Assembly (NCBI GenBank): GCA_009927705.1
Contig: RFMK01000123.1
Coordinates: 1 to 40,782, forward strand
DNA from: Actinomycetota bacterium
GTDB lineage: Bacteria > Actinomycetota > Actinomycetes > Nanopelagicales > Nanopelagicaceae
Direction: 5' to 3'
DNA length: 40,782 nucleotides
Each line of letters begins with the position of its first letter. Position 1 is the first letter of the stretch. Made by a program: the position numbers and the translations under genes. Shown in pieces: positions 19,879 to 28,935 of this stretch. Below the pieces are notes generated by a model. That model was not told the DNA's origin, ran no database searches, and worked only from the letters and a program-made list of their open reading frames with translations.

Positions 19879-20379
19879 TTGTTACTCGTTGTAGGTCGAA
19901 TTGGTCGCGCACATGGAGTGCGCGGCGAAGCAACGATTGAAATACGAACCGATAATCCTGATTCACGTTTTGCAATTGGCAATACTTTGCAGACTGATCC
20001 ATCCGACAAAGGACCTCTGACCATCCGTGATGCTCGGTTTCATAGCGGAACTTTGTTGTTGTCTTTCAATGGCGTAGATGACCGAAATGGGGTCGAAGCG
20101 TTGCGCAATGTCTTTCTTATGGCTGATGTGAATCCTGAAGAAGCAAATCTCAGTAACGATGATTTCCACATCTCTCAAATTGTTGGGTGTCAAGTCCTAG
20201 ATTCGTCAGCGAAAGATTGGGGAGTGGTGACAGATGTTCTGCATCTTCCCGCTCAAGACACGTTGGTAATTAACTATGAAGGCCGAGAGATTCTGGTGCC
20301 ATTTGTGAAAGCTTTTGTGCCTACGATTGATGTGGAGAAGAAAGTAATCATCGTCAATGAGATTGAAGGTTTGCTATGA
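19879..20379 (+). CDS. rimM: 16S rRNA processing protein RimM
   Basis: Contains VGRIGRAHGVRGE and a PRC-barrel C-terminus. It starts with TTG, and its stop overlaps the trmD start (ATGA). Confidence 0.9.
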   Translation: MLLVVGRIGRAHGVRGEATIEIRTDNPDSRFAIGNTLQTDPSDKGPLTIRDARFHSGTLLLSFNGVDDRNGVEALRNVFLMADVNPEEANLSNDDFHISQIVGCQVLDSSAKDWGVVTDVLHLPAQDTLVINYEGREILVPFVKAFVPTIDVEKKVIIVNEIEGLL

Positions 20380-21050
20380 AGTTGACCGCGATCTCTATCT
20401 TTCCCGAATACTTTGCCCCTCTTGAACTATCGCTGATTGGCAAAGCTCGAAGCCAAGGGCTAGTTAACTTCTCATCAATCAATCTACGCGACTTCACTTA
20501 CGATAATCATCACACAGTGGATGACACTCCCTACGGTGGCGGTGCTGGCATGGTGATGAAACCAGAACCATGGGGAGAAGCAATTGACTCTCAGATTCAA
20601 GGGCAGAATGTGGTTGATCTCGTCATATTAACTCCGGCGGGTACGAAATTTAATCAACGCTTTGCGCAAACCTTCGCGACATCGGAACACATCATCTTTG
20701 CATGTGGTCGCTATGAGGGAATCGATGCACGGGTCGCTGAACATTATCGATCTATACCAAGCGTTCGCGTTCATGAGATTTCTATTGGTGATTTTGTTTT
20801 GAATGGCGGAGAAGTTGCCGCTCTAGTCATGATTGAAGCGATTGTTCGCCTGATTCCTGGAGTCATTGGAAATCCAGAATCACTCTTAGAGGAATCTCAT
20901 AATGAGATGGGTGAAGTTGAATATCCAACCTTCACAAAGCCTGCTACCTGGCGCGGCCTTTCAGTTCCTGATGTCCTGCTTTCTGGTAATCATGGTGAAA
21001 TTGCGCGATGGCGAAGTGAAGAAGCCCAACGTCGCTCTCAATCTCGCTAA
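20376..21050 (+). CDS. trmD: tRNA (guanine37-N1)-methyltransferase
   Basis: Contains DDTPYGGGAGMVM, GRYEGIDARV and SIGDFVLNGGE (SPOUT knot). Confidence 0.94.
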   Translation: MKLTAISIFPEYFAPLELSLIGKARSQGLVNFSSINLRDFTYDNHHTVDDTPYGGGAGMVMKPEPWGEAIDSQIQGQNVVDLVILTPAGTKFNQRFAQTFATSEHIIFACGRYEGIDARVAEHYRSIPSVRVHEISIGDFVLNGGEVAALVMIEAIVRLIPGVIGNPESLLEESHNEMGEVEYPTFTKPATWRGLSVPDVLLSGNHGEIARWRSEEAQRRSQSR

Positions 21051-21210
21051 ACCTCACCAAAACTGTGGAGTAAGTCGCACTCCTCGGGAATATTCGCGAC
21101 ACGCCGACCGTTGGTCAGGACACTGCTCGCGGATTTAGGCATTATCCGCCCGTATCGACCTGGCTGCGACCGCAGAAGGTATTGGAAAAAAGATTGGTGG
21201 TGAGAGATCA

Positions 21211-21504
21211 ATGGCAACCGACTATGACACGCCCCGAAAAACGGATGAAGAGTTACATGAAGAATCGTTAGAGGAGCTCAAAGCCCGGCGCGCGGAAGCG
21301 CAATCAGGACAAGTTGATCTCGATGAGGAAGAAGCCGAGAATGTCGAACTCCCGGGCGCTGATCTATCGGGCGAAGAACTTGCGGTGCGAGTTGTTCCTA
21401 AGCAAGAGAATGAATTCACTTGTTCTCGGTGCTTCTTGGTTCATCACATAACACAACTGGCTCGCGGTGAGGGCGCTAAAGCGGTCTGTAAAGACTGCGC
21501 CTAG
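21211..21504 (+). CDS. DUF4193 family protein (acidic N-terminus, C-terminal CxxC...CxxC)
   Basis: The sequence MATDYDTPRK...EFTCSRCFLVHHITQL...AVCKDCA matches my recollection of the actinobacterial DUF4193 family found next to dut. Confidence 0.75.
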   Translation: MATDYDTPRKTDEELHEESLEELKARRAEAQSGQVDLDEEEAENVELPGADLSGEELAVRVVPKQENEFTCSRCFLVHHITQLARGEGAKAVCKDCA

Positions 21505-21941
21505 TTCTTTAGAAGCGCTTCAATCTCCGTGGCGCGTTTGCTGCTAACGATCCAAAACGGCGTTGGATCTCGCGAATCATCAATCGAGATTTTAACTCCT
21601 GTCTTCACCCAGAATCGAATCGCATAAAAAGCGCTTGGGTTGAAACCTATGCGCATGTAATGCTGCATCTTTGAGCGGTCGAGAATCTCTTTTTCGCCAA
21701 GATATTTCTTTTCAATCACCGCTCCACCAACGCGGAGGACATCTCCTTCGATTTCTATCGTAAGAGAAGTGAAGCGGTAGAAGATAAAACTGAGTACAAG
21801 TATAGAAATCGCACCGGCAAGAGCAGCGTTATTTCCGAGTCCAGCCCAGAGCGCAATGACGATTGATAGATCGAGGCCCAGTACCAAGAGAGTGAACCAC
21901 CATGGCCATCGCAATACTTCGCGCATGCGACGAGAGTACAA
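21501..21941 (-). CDS. DUF3093 family membrane protein
   Basis: Has the N-terminal Y-x-R-x-x-R-E-x-L-x-W-P-W-W motif, two TM helices and the C-terminal DPTPFWIVSSKR. The start is TTG 21941 or ATG 21926. Its stop overlaps the DUF4193 stop by 4 nt. Confidence 0.7.
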   Translation of the reverse strand: MYSRRMREVLRWPWWFTLLVLGLDLSIVIALWAGLGNNAALAGAISILVLSFIFYRFTSLTIEIEGDVLRVGGAVIEKKYLGEKEILDRSKMQHYMRIGFNPSAFYAIRFWVKTGVKISIDDSRDPTPFWIVSSKRATEIEALLKN

Positions 21942-21978
21942 GGTTTATTCATCGTTGATCGCAGGGTAATCTTCCTCC

Positions 21979-22557
21979 ATGTCACGCGGTCTCAACATCG
22001 TTCCTCCCGCATCTGCAGTCATTCCTGATCGTCATCCCCAAGCGCCAGTTCCGGGAACGCTCCTTGGTTCTCACAATCCAGATTGTTATGGCTGTGGCGC
22101 CTCACACCCGGCTGGACTTCATCTGGTCGCATACTCAGGTGAAGGAATGACGATTAATGCAAAATTCACGGTAACTGAGATGCATCAAGGAGCGCCGGGG
22201 TTGGCACATGGTGGATTGCTTTCTTGTGCATTTGATGAAGCGCTCGGCAAGTTGATGTGGTTGGTTCGTCAACCCGCTGTAACTGGAAAACTTGAAACTC
22301 TTTTTGTGGCGCCGGTTCCAGTTGGAACCACGCTACATATTCAAGCCGAGATTGTTGGACAAGAAGGTCGGAAAATTTACTGCAAGGCAGAAGGAAGATT
22401 GGGCACTCATGAAGGCGAGATTGCCGTTGAAGCCGCTGCAATTTTCATCATCGTTCCTATGGAACATTTCATCAACAATGCCCCTGAAGGTTTCCGCGAT
22501 GTCCTTGTTGGACGCACCGATCTTTCTATTGATACTGAGTTCGAGATCAATCCATGA
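21979..22557 (+). CDS. PaaI/4HBT-type hotdog-fold thioesterase family protein
   Basis: GAPGLAHGGLLSCAFDEALG is the typical hotdog catalytic helix region, and an N-terminal CYGC is present. No SD is visible, but TAATCT lies 6 nt upstream of the ATG, which suggests a leaderless mRNA. Confidence 0.7.
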   Translation: MSRGLNIVPPASAVIPDRHPQAPVPGTLLGSHNPDCYGCGASHPAGLHLVAYSGEGMTINAKFTVTEMHQGAPGLAHGGLLSCAFDEALGKLMWLVRQPAVTGKLETLFVAPVPVGTTLHIQAEIVGQEGRKIYCKAEGRLGTHEGEIAVEAAAIFIIVPMEHFINNAPEGFRDVLVGRTDLSIDTEFEINP

Positions 22558-22988
22558 AGGTATTGATCACTCGCCTCGACGACGATCTTCCGCTTCCCAC
22601 CTACGCCAAATCTGGAGATGCAGGCGCTGATGTGCATTCCCGTATTGATCTCACGATCGAACCAGGGGAGCGAGCACTTGTCCCGACAGGCATTTCAATC
22701 GCTATTCCCGATGGGTACGCAGCATTCGCGCATCCGCGTTCAGGGCTCGCGATTAAGCATGGCGTAAGTATGGTGAATGCGCCGGGGACGATAGATGCGG
22801 GTTATAGAGGAGAGTTACAAATTATCTTGATTAACCACGATCTCAAAGAGCGATTCATTATCAAGCGAGGCGACCGTATTGCCCAATTAGTCTTTCAAAA
22901 AGTAGAGCGAGCTGAATTTATCGAAGTTGAAGAGTTGCCAGGTTCAGGTCGTGGCACCGGAGGATTTGGTTCGACAGGGAGAACATGA
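22554..22988 (+). CDS. dut: dUTP diphosphatase
   Basis: The dUTPase motifs AGADV, PRSGLAIKHG, GTIDAGYRGE and RGTGGFGSTG are all present. Confidence 0.95.
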   Translation: MKVLITRLDDDLPLPTYAKSGDAGADVHSRIDLTIEPGERALVPTGISIAIPDGYAAFAHPRSGLAIKHGVSMVNAPGTIDAGYRGELQIILINHDLKERFIIKRGDRIAQLVFQKVERAEFIEVEELPGSGRGTGGFGSTGRT

Positions 22989-23611
22989 GTAGCGAAGAAG
23001 ATAAAGCCAGAATCCTTAACGCGATGGGTGGCAAGAAAGGGCTCCTCGATTCGGGATTGCCAGCTCTGATTTTCCTTGTGATATTCAATGTCACAAAAGA
23101 TGTTCAGCAAGCAGCTTATGGCGCGCTCGCGCTTTCACTCATTCTTACCATTGTGCGGTTAGCACGACGCGAGACGATTCAACATGCGATATCTGGAGTT
23201 ATAGGTGTAGCCATCTGTGCATGGCTTTCTAATCGCACAGGTAAAGCAGAGGACTTTTACTTGCCTGGACTATGGACTAACGCGATATATAGCGTTGTGT
23301 ATCTCGTGTCAATCATTGTTCGTTGGCCAATAATTGGCGTGATCATCGGGCCATTGCTGGAAGAGAATCTACGTTGGCGGAAAGATCCGATACGTACGAA
23401 GGTGTATGTCAAAGCAACCTGGCTCTGGGTGGGTATGTTTGCTGTGAGACTCCTCGTTCAATACCCGCTCTATGTTTCCGGAAATGTGAATGTCCTCGGA
23501 ACTGCTCGCTTGGTAATGGGGTATCCACTCTTCATTGCAACTGCGTGGGCTACCTGGATTGTGATTAAGAATGGTCCAAAACTGCGAGAGGATCTTCGAA
23601 CCGTAAATTAG
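22985..23611 (+). CDS. DUF3159 family membrane protein
   Basis: Begins GGKKGLLDSGLPALIFLVIFN and has 5-6 TM helices. It holds the conserved position downstream of dut in actinobacteria (from recollection). Confidence 0.7.
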   Translation: MSSEEDKARILNAMGGKKGLLDSGLPALIFLVIFNVTKDVQQAAYGALALSLILTIVRLARRETIQHAISGVIGVAICAWLSNRTGKAEDFYLPGLWTNAIYSVVYLVSIIVRWPIIGVIIGPLLEENLRWRKDPIRTKVYVKATWLWVGMFAVRLLVQYPLYVSGNVNVLGTARLVMGYPLFIATAWATWIVIKNGPKLREDLRTVN

Positions 23612-24267
23612 TTTGTTACAAAGCAGCTTTTGAGTAACTCTTCCGCTTTCGCTGACGCGACAAAAATCAACTCGTCACCGGCTGAAAAGACATCATGAGC
23701 AGCTGGAGTAATCACATGTCCGTCGCGGATAATTGCTGCGAGCGATGCATCTTCTGGCAACTCGATTTCTGAGACGGTCTTCCCATTACAGGTGGAGTTA
23801 TCGGGAAGGGTGAGTTCCACCAGGTTTGCTTCACCTGCTTTGAGCGAGAAGAGTCGAACGACATCGCCAACAGAGACTGCTTCTTCAACCAAGGCTGCGA
23901 TGATGCGCGGGGTCGAAACGGCAACATCAACTCCCCATGAGGAATCGAAAAGCCACTCATTCTTTGGATGATTTACCCGCGCCACAACTCGAGGAACTCC
24001 ATACTCAGTTTTCGCAAGGAGAGATGCAACGAGATTTACTTTGTCGTCACCGGTAGCGGCGACCATGACTTGGCAGACATCCAATTTGGCTTTATCGAGT
24101 GAACTAATTTCGCATGCATCAGCAAGGAGCCACTCGGCAGAAGGAACACTCTCCATTTTGAGAGCTTTTGGATTCTTATCAATTAAAAGAACTTGATGGC
24201 CATTTGCAATAAGTTCACGGGCTATGGCGCGACCTGCGTTACCGGCGCCTGCGATTGCGATTCTCAT
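23608..24267 (-). CDS. trkA: TrkA-family K+ transport regulatory protein (RCK-N + RCK-C)
   Basis: Has the MRIAIAGAGNAGRAIAREL Rossmann motif and a C-terminal TrkA-C domain. It is paired with a second trkA. Confidence 0.88.
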   Translation of the reverse strand: MRIAIAGAGNAGRAIARELIANGHQVLLIDKNPKALKMESVPSAEWLLADACEISSLDKAKLDVCQVMVAATGDDKVNLVASLLAKTEYGVPRVVARVNHPKNEWLFDSSWGVDVAVSTPRIIAALVEEAVSVGDVVRLFSLKAGEANLVELTLPDNSTCNGKTVSEIELPEDASLAAIIRDGHVITPAAHDVFSAGDELIFVASAKAEELLKSCFVTN

Positions 24268-24929
24268 TATTCGCCTCCCGGCGGCAAAGCGAGTGAAGAT
24301 TCTGTGGCCGAAAGGTTCTTATCTTCGACCATCACATGAACGACATCGCCTTCTTGAAGAACTGTATGCTCATTGGGAATTAGTCCTTCACCCAATCGAG
24401 TGATGAATGCGACTCGAGCGCTCGTATGCTGTTCAATCAATGAAACAGGTTTGCCGAACCAATCTCTATGCAATGGAACTTCAGCAAGTTGTACTTTTCC
24501 AGAAGCGTCTTGCCATTCCGAACGAGATCCTTGTGGCAATAGGCGACGCATAATTTGGTCTGTAGTCCAGAGAACTGTTGCAACCGTGGGAATTCCTAGA
24601 CGTTGATAAATTTCAGCGCGAGCGGGATCATAAATTCGGGCAACAACACTTGCGACGCCATATGTCTCACGTGCCACACGGGCCGCCAAGATATTTGAAT
24701 TATCACCATTGGAGACTGCAGCGAAAGCATCGGCTCGTTCGATACCTGCTTCGAGGAGAGTGTCGCGATCAAAACCAACTCCGGCAATCGTCAGGCCATT
24801 GAAGTCTGCTCCGAGGCGTCGGAAAGCTTCGCGATCTTGGTCGATAACTGCGACTGAATGTCCAAGGGCTTGAAAATCTTTTGCCAGAGTTGAGCCGACT
24901 CGGCCACAACCCATGATCACGATATGCAC
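24267..24929 (-). CDS. trkA: TrkA-family K+ transport regulatory protein (RCK-N + RCK-C)
   Basis: Has the (GTG)MHIVIMGCGRVGSTLA Rossmann motif and a TrkA-C domain. Its stop overlaps the start of the downstream trkA by 1 nt. Confidence 0.88.
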   Translation of the reverse strand: MHIVIMGCGRVGSTLAKDFQALGHSVAVIDQDREAFRRLGADFNGLTIAGVGFDRDTLLEAGIERADAFAAVSNGDNSNILAARVARETYGVASVVARIYDPARAEIYQRLGIPTVATVLWTTDQIMRRLLPQGSRSEWQDASGKVQLAEVPLHRDWFGKPVSLIEQHTSARVAFITRLGEGLIPNEHTVLQEGDVVHVMVEDKNLSATESSLALPPGGE

Positions 24930-25006
24930 GGAAGGAGAATTTACACCTCTAGGCTAGAGAACCTGTAATCCACGCGAGAGATAGACCATCTTTCGCAAAA
25001 AAGCGA

Positions 25007-26185
25007 ATGAATTCTAGAGCTGGAGCAATAATGCAGATTGGTGATCGTTATGACGTTGATGTCACGGCTATCGCTCATGGCGGACATTGCATTGCACGTC
25101 ACGAAGGACAAGTTATCTTTGTCAGACACGCAATCCCTGGTGAACGAGTCACTGTTGAGATCACCGACATAACCCGCAGTTTTGCGCGAGGCAATAGTGT
25201 TGCTGTTATTGATGCATCACCGCATAGAGTGAAAGCTCCTTGTAAGTTTGCAACGCCTCAAGGCTGTGGTGGTTGCGATTTCCAACATATGGAACTTTCC
25301 CATCAACGTAGCCTAAAATCTCAGATCATCTCGGAACAGTTTCGGCGCCTTGCCAAAATGGAGATTAGCGTTGAGGTAGAAGAAGTTCTTCCTACCCTTC
25401 ATTGGCGTAATCGCATGGAGTTCACTGTCTCCGATAACTCCAGACTCGGTCTTTTCGCTGCTCGAAGCGCTCAGATTGTTGAGATTGATGAATGCATGAT
25501 TGCGAGCAAAGAGATTGATATCCAACTCATCAATCAACGGCGATTACCAAAAGGTAAGCGAGTCGATATCGCAATCACCAGCTCCGGTTCACAAGAGATT
25601 TCTATTGAAGGCAGAGAGAACTTTGCGCTCATCAGCGAGAAAGTTGGCGAAGTCGAATTCTCGCTCAATCCACTCTCTTTCTGGCAAAGTCATACAGCAG
25701 CTCCCGAACTCTTGTCGCGCGTGGTCCGAGAACTTTCGACGGCACAGGCAGGCGATCACGTTTTTGATTTGTATGGGGGAGTAGGACTCTTTGCCGCTGC
25801 CTTACTACCTGAGATTGGAGCTGGTGGGCGCATTACTATCATCGAGTCCGATGACAACGCGATCACCGATGCAAAACGGAATTTCGCTAGCGAAGAACGA
25901 GTTGAAGTCGTTCATGGGCGAGTGGAGAAAGCGCTTAAAAAATATGTCGCAGCGAATCTTGTGGTTCTTGATCCGCCACGGTCAGGAGCAGGAGCTTCTG
26001 TCATCGAAGCGGTTGTGTCTCTAAAACCGCGAGCGATCGTGTATGTAGCCTGCGATCCTGCTTCATTGGCTCGCGATACTGCGTATTTGAAGGAGAGAGG
26101 ATTTGCTCTTGAGAGTATTCGAGCTTTTGACCTCTTCCCAATGACGGCCCATATGGAGTGTGTGGCGCGTTTCATTCCAGAATAG
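25007..26185 (+). CDS. TRAM-domain class I SAM-dependent RNA (uracil-5) methyltransferase, TrmA/RlmD family
   Basis: Has a TRAM N-terminus, the Cys cluster CKFATPQGCGGC, SAM motif DLYGGVGLF, LDPPRSGAG and YVACDPASLARD. ATG 25031 is an alternative start. Confidence 0.85.
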   Translation: MNSRAGAIMQIGDRYDVDVTAIAHGGHCIARHEGQVIFVRHAIPGERVTVEITDITRSFARGNSVAVIDASPHRVKAPCKFATPQGCGGCDFQHMELSHQRSLKSQIISEQFRRLAKMEISVEVEEVLPTLHWRNRMEFTVSDNSRLGLFAARSAQIVEIDECMIASKEIDIQLINQRRLPKGKRVDIAITSSGSQEISIEGRENFALISEKVGEVEFSLNPLSFWQSHTAAPELLSRVVRELSTAQAGDHVFDLYGGVGLFAAALLPEIGAGGRITIIESDDNAITDAKRNFASEERVEVVHGRVEKALKKYVAANLVVLDPPRSGAGASVIEAVVSLKPRAIVYVACDPASLARDTAYLKERGFALESIRAFDLFPMTAHMECVARFIPE

Positions 26186-26243
26186 CCTGCCGTATTGAGG
26201 CGCCCCAAGGTTCTAGAAAACTTCGCAAGTTAGGATTCGCCCC

Positions 26244-28901
26244 ATGAGTAAGAATTCCTTTGGCGCTCGAACATCCCTCGAAGTAGCAGGCAAGACATAT
26301 GAGATCTTCGACATCACCAAGCTGCCAGCGGCGGCTGATCTTCCTTATTCTTTGAAGATCTTGCTGGAGAATTTGTTGCGTACCGAAGATGGTGCAAATA
26401 TCACGGCATCTCAGATTGACGCACTTGCATCATGGAATCCTAACTCCCAGCCAGATACTGAAATTCAATTCACTCCTGCTCGCGTCATCATGCAAGATTT
26501 CACAGGCGTACCTTGTGTTGTGGATCTGGCAACAATGCGTGAAGCAATTGCCGAACTTGGAGGAAATCCAAGCCGCGTTAATCCGCTGGCACCTGCCGAA
26601 CTTGTCATCGATCACTCCGTCATTGCCGATACATATGGAACTCCCGATGCTTTCAAGCAAAATGTCGATATTGAATACGAAAGAAACCAAGAGCGTTATC
26701 GATTCCTACGCTGGGGGCAGAGCGCATTCGATGAATTCAAAGTGGTGCCACCAGGAACTGGAATCGTCCATCAAGTAAATATTGAATATTTGGCCCGAGT
26801 TGTCATGGTTCGTGACGTCAATGGAGTTGAACGCGCCTATCCCGATACGGTTGTCGGAACAGATTCTCATACGACGATGGTCAACGGACTTGGCGTCCTA
26901 GGTTGGGGCGTTGGCGGAATCGAAGCCGAAGCAGCTCTGCTCGGACAACCAGTATCGATGTTGATCCCTCGGGTTGTTGGTTTTAAATTGAGTGGCTCGC
27001 TTCCTACCGGCACAACTGCGACCGACTTGGTCTTGATGATCACTGAAATGCTTCGCAAACATGGAGTCGTTGGAAAGTTTGTGGAGTTCTATGGACCGGG
27101 CGTAAGTGCGCTACCTATGGCAAATCGCGCAACGATTGGAAACATGTCGCCGGAATACGGCTCGACTATTGCGATCTTCCCGATTGATGAAGAGACCTTG
27201 AAATACCTAGAACTCACTGGTCGCTCGCAAGAACAACGCGCTCTTGTCGAAAGTTATGCAAAGCGTCAAGGAATCTGGCATGACCCATCAGCAACGCCTC
27301 GTTATTCTGAACATCTGGAACTCGATCTTGCTTCGGTAGTTCCTTCTATTGCTGGCCCTAAGCGTCCGCAGGATCGCGTTTCTTTGAGCGATGCGAAGTC
27401 AGCATTCGCAAAGAGCGTCCCAACTTATTTATCGGAAAAGAGCGCTCAGTCGCCCGTCCCAGTCACAATCAATGCACGACCAGGCGCAGTCACAAATGGA
27501 TCAGTTGTCATCGCATCTATTACATCATGCACCAACACCTCAAATCCAAGCGTGATGATTGGTGCTGGTTTGCTGGCGAAGAAAGCAGTCGAAAAAGGGC
27601 TGCAGAGCAAGCCATGGGTCAAGACAACTCTTGCACCGGGATCAAAAGTTGTGACGAACTATTATGAAAAGGCTGGACTTACTCCTTTCCTTGAGAAACT
27701 CGGATTCAATCTCGTTGGCTATGGTTGCGTGACGTGTATCGGCAACTCAGGACCGCTTCCCGTCGAAGTCAGCAAGGCAGTCAATGAGAATGATCTTGCA
27801 GTAGCCGCTGTGCTCTCTGGAAATCGCAATTTTGAAGGTCGCATTAGCCCGGATGTAAAGATGAATTATTTGGCTTCACCTCCTCTCGTTGTTGCGTATT
27901 CCATCGCTGGAACTATGGATCACGATTTCGAAAAGGATCCGCTGGGTAAAGATTCCAACGGCAACGATGTTTTCTTAAAAGATATCTGGCCTTCTCCTTC
28001 AGAAATCCAGGCGGTCATTGACGGCGTCGTTTCTTCCGAGATGTTCAAGAAAGATTACTCGAGCGTCTTTGCTGGCGATCATCGTTGGACTTCACTTGCG
28101 ACTCCGACCGGAAAAGTCTTCGAATGGGATGCTCAATCAACCTATGTTCGCAAGCCACCATATTTTGAAGGCATGCCTCGCAATCCAGTTCCGGTCACCG
28201 ATATTCATGGTGCACGAGTTCTGGCGAAGCTTGGCGATTCTGTAACGACGGATCACATCTCACCTGCAGGCTCCATCAAGGCAGATTCTCCAGCTGGCAA
28301 ATACTTAGCTGAGAATGGAGTGGCTCGCGCTGATTTCAATTCGTATGGTTCGCGACGTGGAAATCATGAAGTCATGATCCGTGGAACTTTTGCAAATATA
28401 CGTTTGAAGAATTTGCTTTTGAATGGAGTCGAAGGTGGGTTTACTCGAAACTTTCTAAGCAACGGCGACCAAACAACAATCTATGAAGCGTCAATGGCTT
28501 ATCAAGCCGCAAAAGTTCCACTCGTTATTTTGGCAGGCAAAGAGTACGGATCAGGTTCGTCGCGAGATTGGGCAGCAAAAGGAACCGCTCTTCTCGGCGT
28601 AAAAGCTGTGATTGCCGAATCTTTCGAAAGAATTCATCGCTCGAACTTGATTGGCATGGGTGTGTTGCCACTTCAATTCAATGAAGGCGAGAGCTCTGAA
28701 TCCTTGGGTCTCACTGGCGAAGAGGTTTTCTCTATCGAAGGAGTGACCGAACTCAATGCGGGAGGAATTCCTTCCACGGTAAAGGTGACCGCTGGCGGCA
28801 AGAGCTTTACTGCGAAAGTCCGCATCGATACCCCAGGTGAGGCGGATTACTACCGTCACGGTGGGATCATGCAGTACGTACTTCGTTCATTACTTCACTA
28901 G
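26244..28901 (+). CDS. acnA: Aconitate hydratase A
   Basis: Contains TDSHTTM, the Fe-S ligand motifs CTNTSNP and [10 protein letters not shown], and the swivel domain [11 protein letters not shown]. Length 885 aa. Confidence 0.96.
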   Translation: MSKNSFGARTSLEVAGKTYEIFDITKLPAAADLPYSLKILLENLLRTEDGANITASQIDALASWNPNSQPDTEIQFTPARVIMQDFTGVPCVVDLATMREAIAELGGNPSRVNPLAPAELVIDHSVIADTYGTPDAFKQNVDIEYERNQERYRFLRWGQSAFDEFKVVPPGTGIVHQVNIEYLARVVMVRDVNGVERAYPDTVVGTDSHTTMVNGLGVLGWGVGGIEAEAALLGQPVSMLIPRVVGFKLSGSLPTGTTATDLVLMITEMLRKHGVVGKFVEFYGPGVSALPMANRATIGNMSPEYGSTIAIFPIDEETLKYLELTGRSQEQRALVESYAKRQGIWHDPSATPRYSEHLELDLASVVPSIAGPKRPQDRVSLSDAKSAFAKSVPTYLSEKSAQSPVPVTINARPGAVTNGSVVIASITSCTNTSNPSVMIGAGLLAKKAVEKGLQSKPWVKTTLAPGSKVVTNYYEKAGLTPFLEKLGFNLVGYGCVTCIGNSGPLPVEVSKAVNENDLAVAAVLSGNRNFEGRISPDVKMNYLASPPLVVAYSIAGTMDHDFEKDPLGKDSNGNDVFLKDIWPSPSEIQAVIDGVVSSEMFKKDYSSVFAGDHRWTSLATPTGKVFEWDAQSTYVRKPPYFEGMPRNPVPVTDIHGARVLAKLGDSVTTDHISPAGSIKADSPAGKYLAENGVARADFNSYGSRRGNHEVMIRGTFANIRLKNLLLNGVEGGFTRNFLSNGDQTTIYEASMAYQAAKVPLVILAGKEYGSGSSRDWAAKGTALLGVKAVIAESFERIHRSNLIGMGVLPLQFNEGESSESLGLTGEEVFSIEGVTELNAGGIPSTVKVTAGGKSFTAKVRIDTPGEADYYRHGGIMQYVLRSLLH

Positions 28902-28935
28902 TACTTGAACTTCGGTTCGCCGATACCATTACGAC

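Noticed and set aside
21755-21985. 76-aa minus-strand ORF overlapping the DUF3093 5' region
   Set aside because: It is out of frame with the DUF3093 gene, whose W-P-W-W and TM features are recognisable, and it would also cover the thioesterase start.
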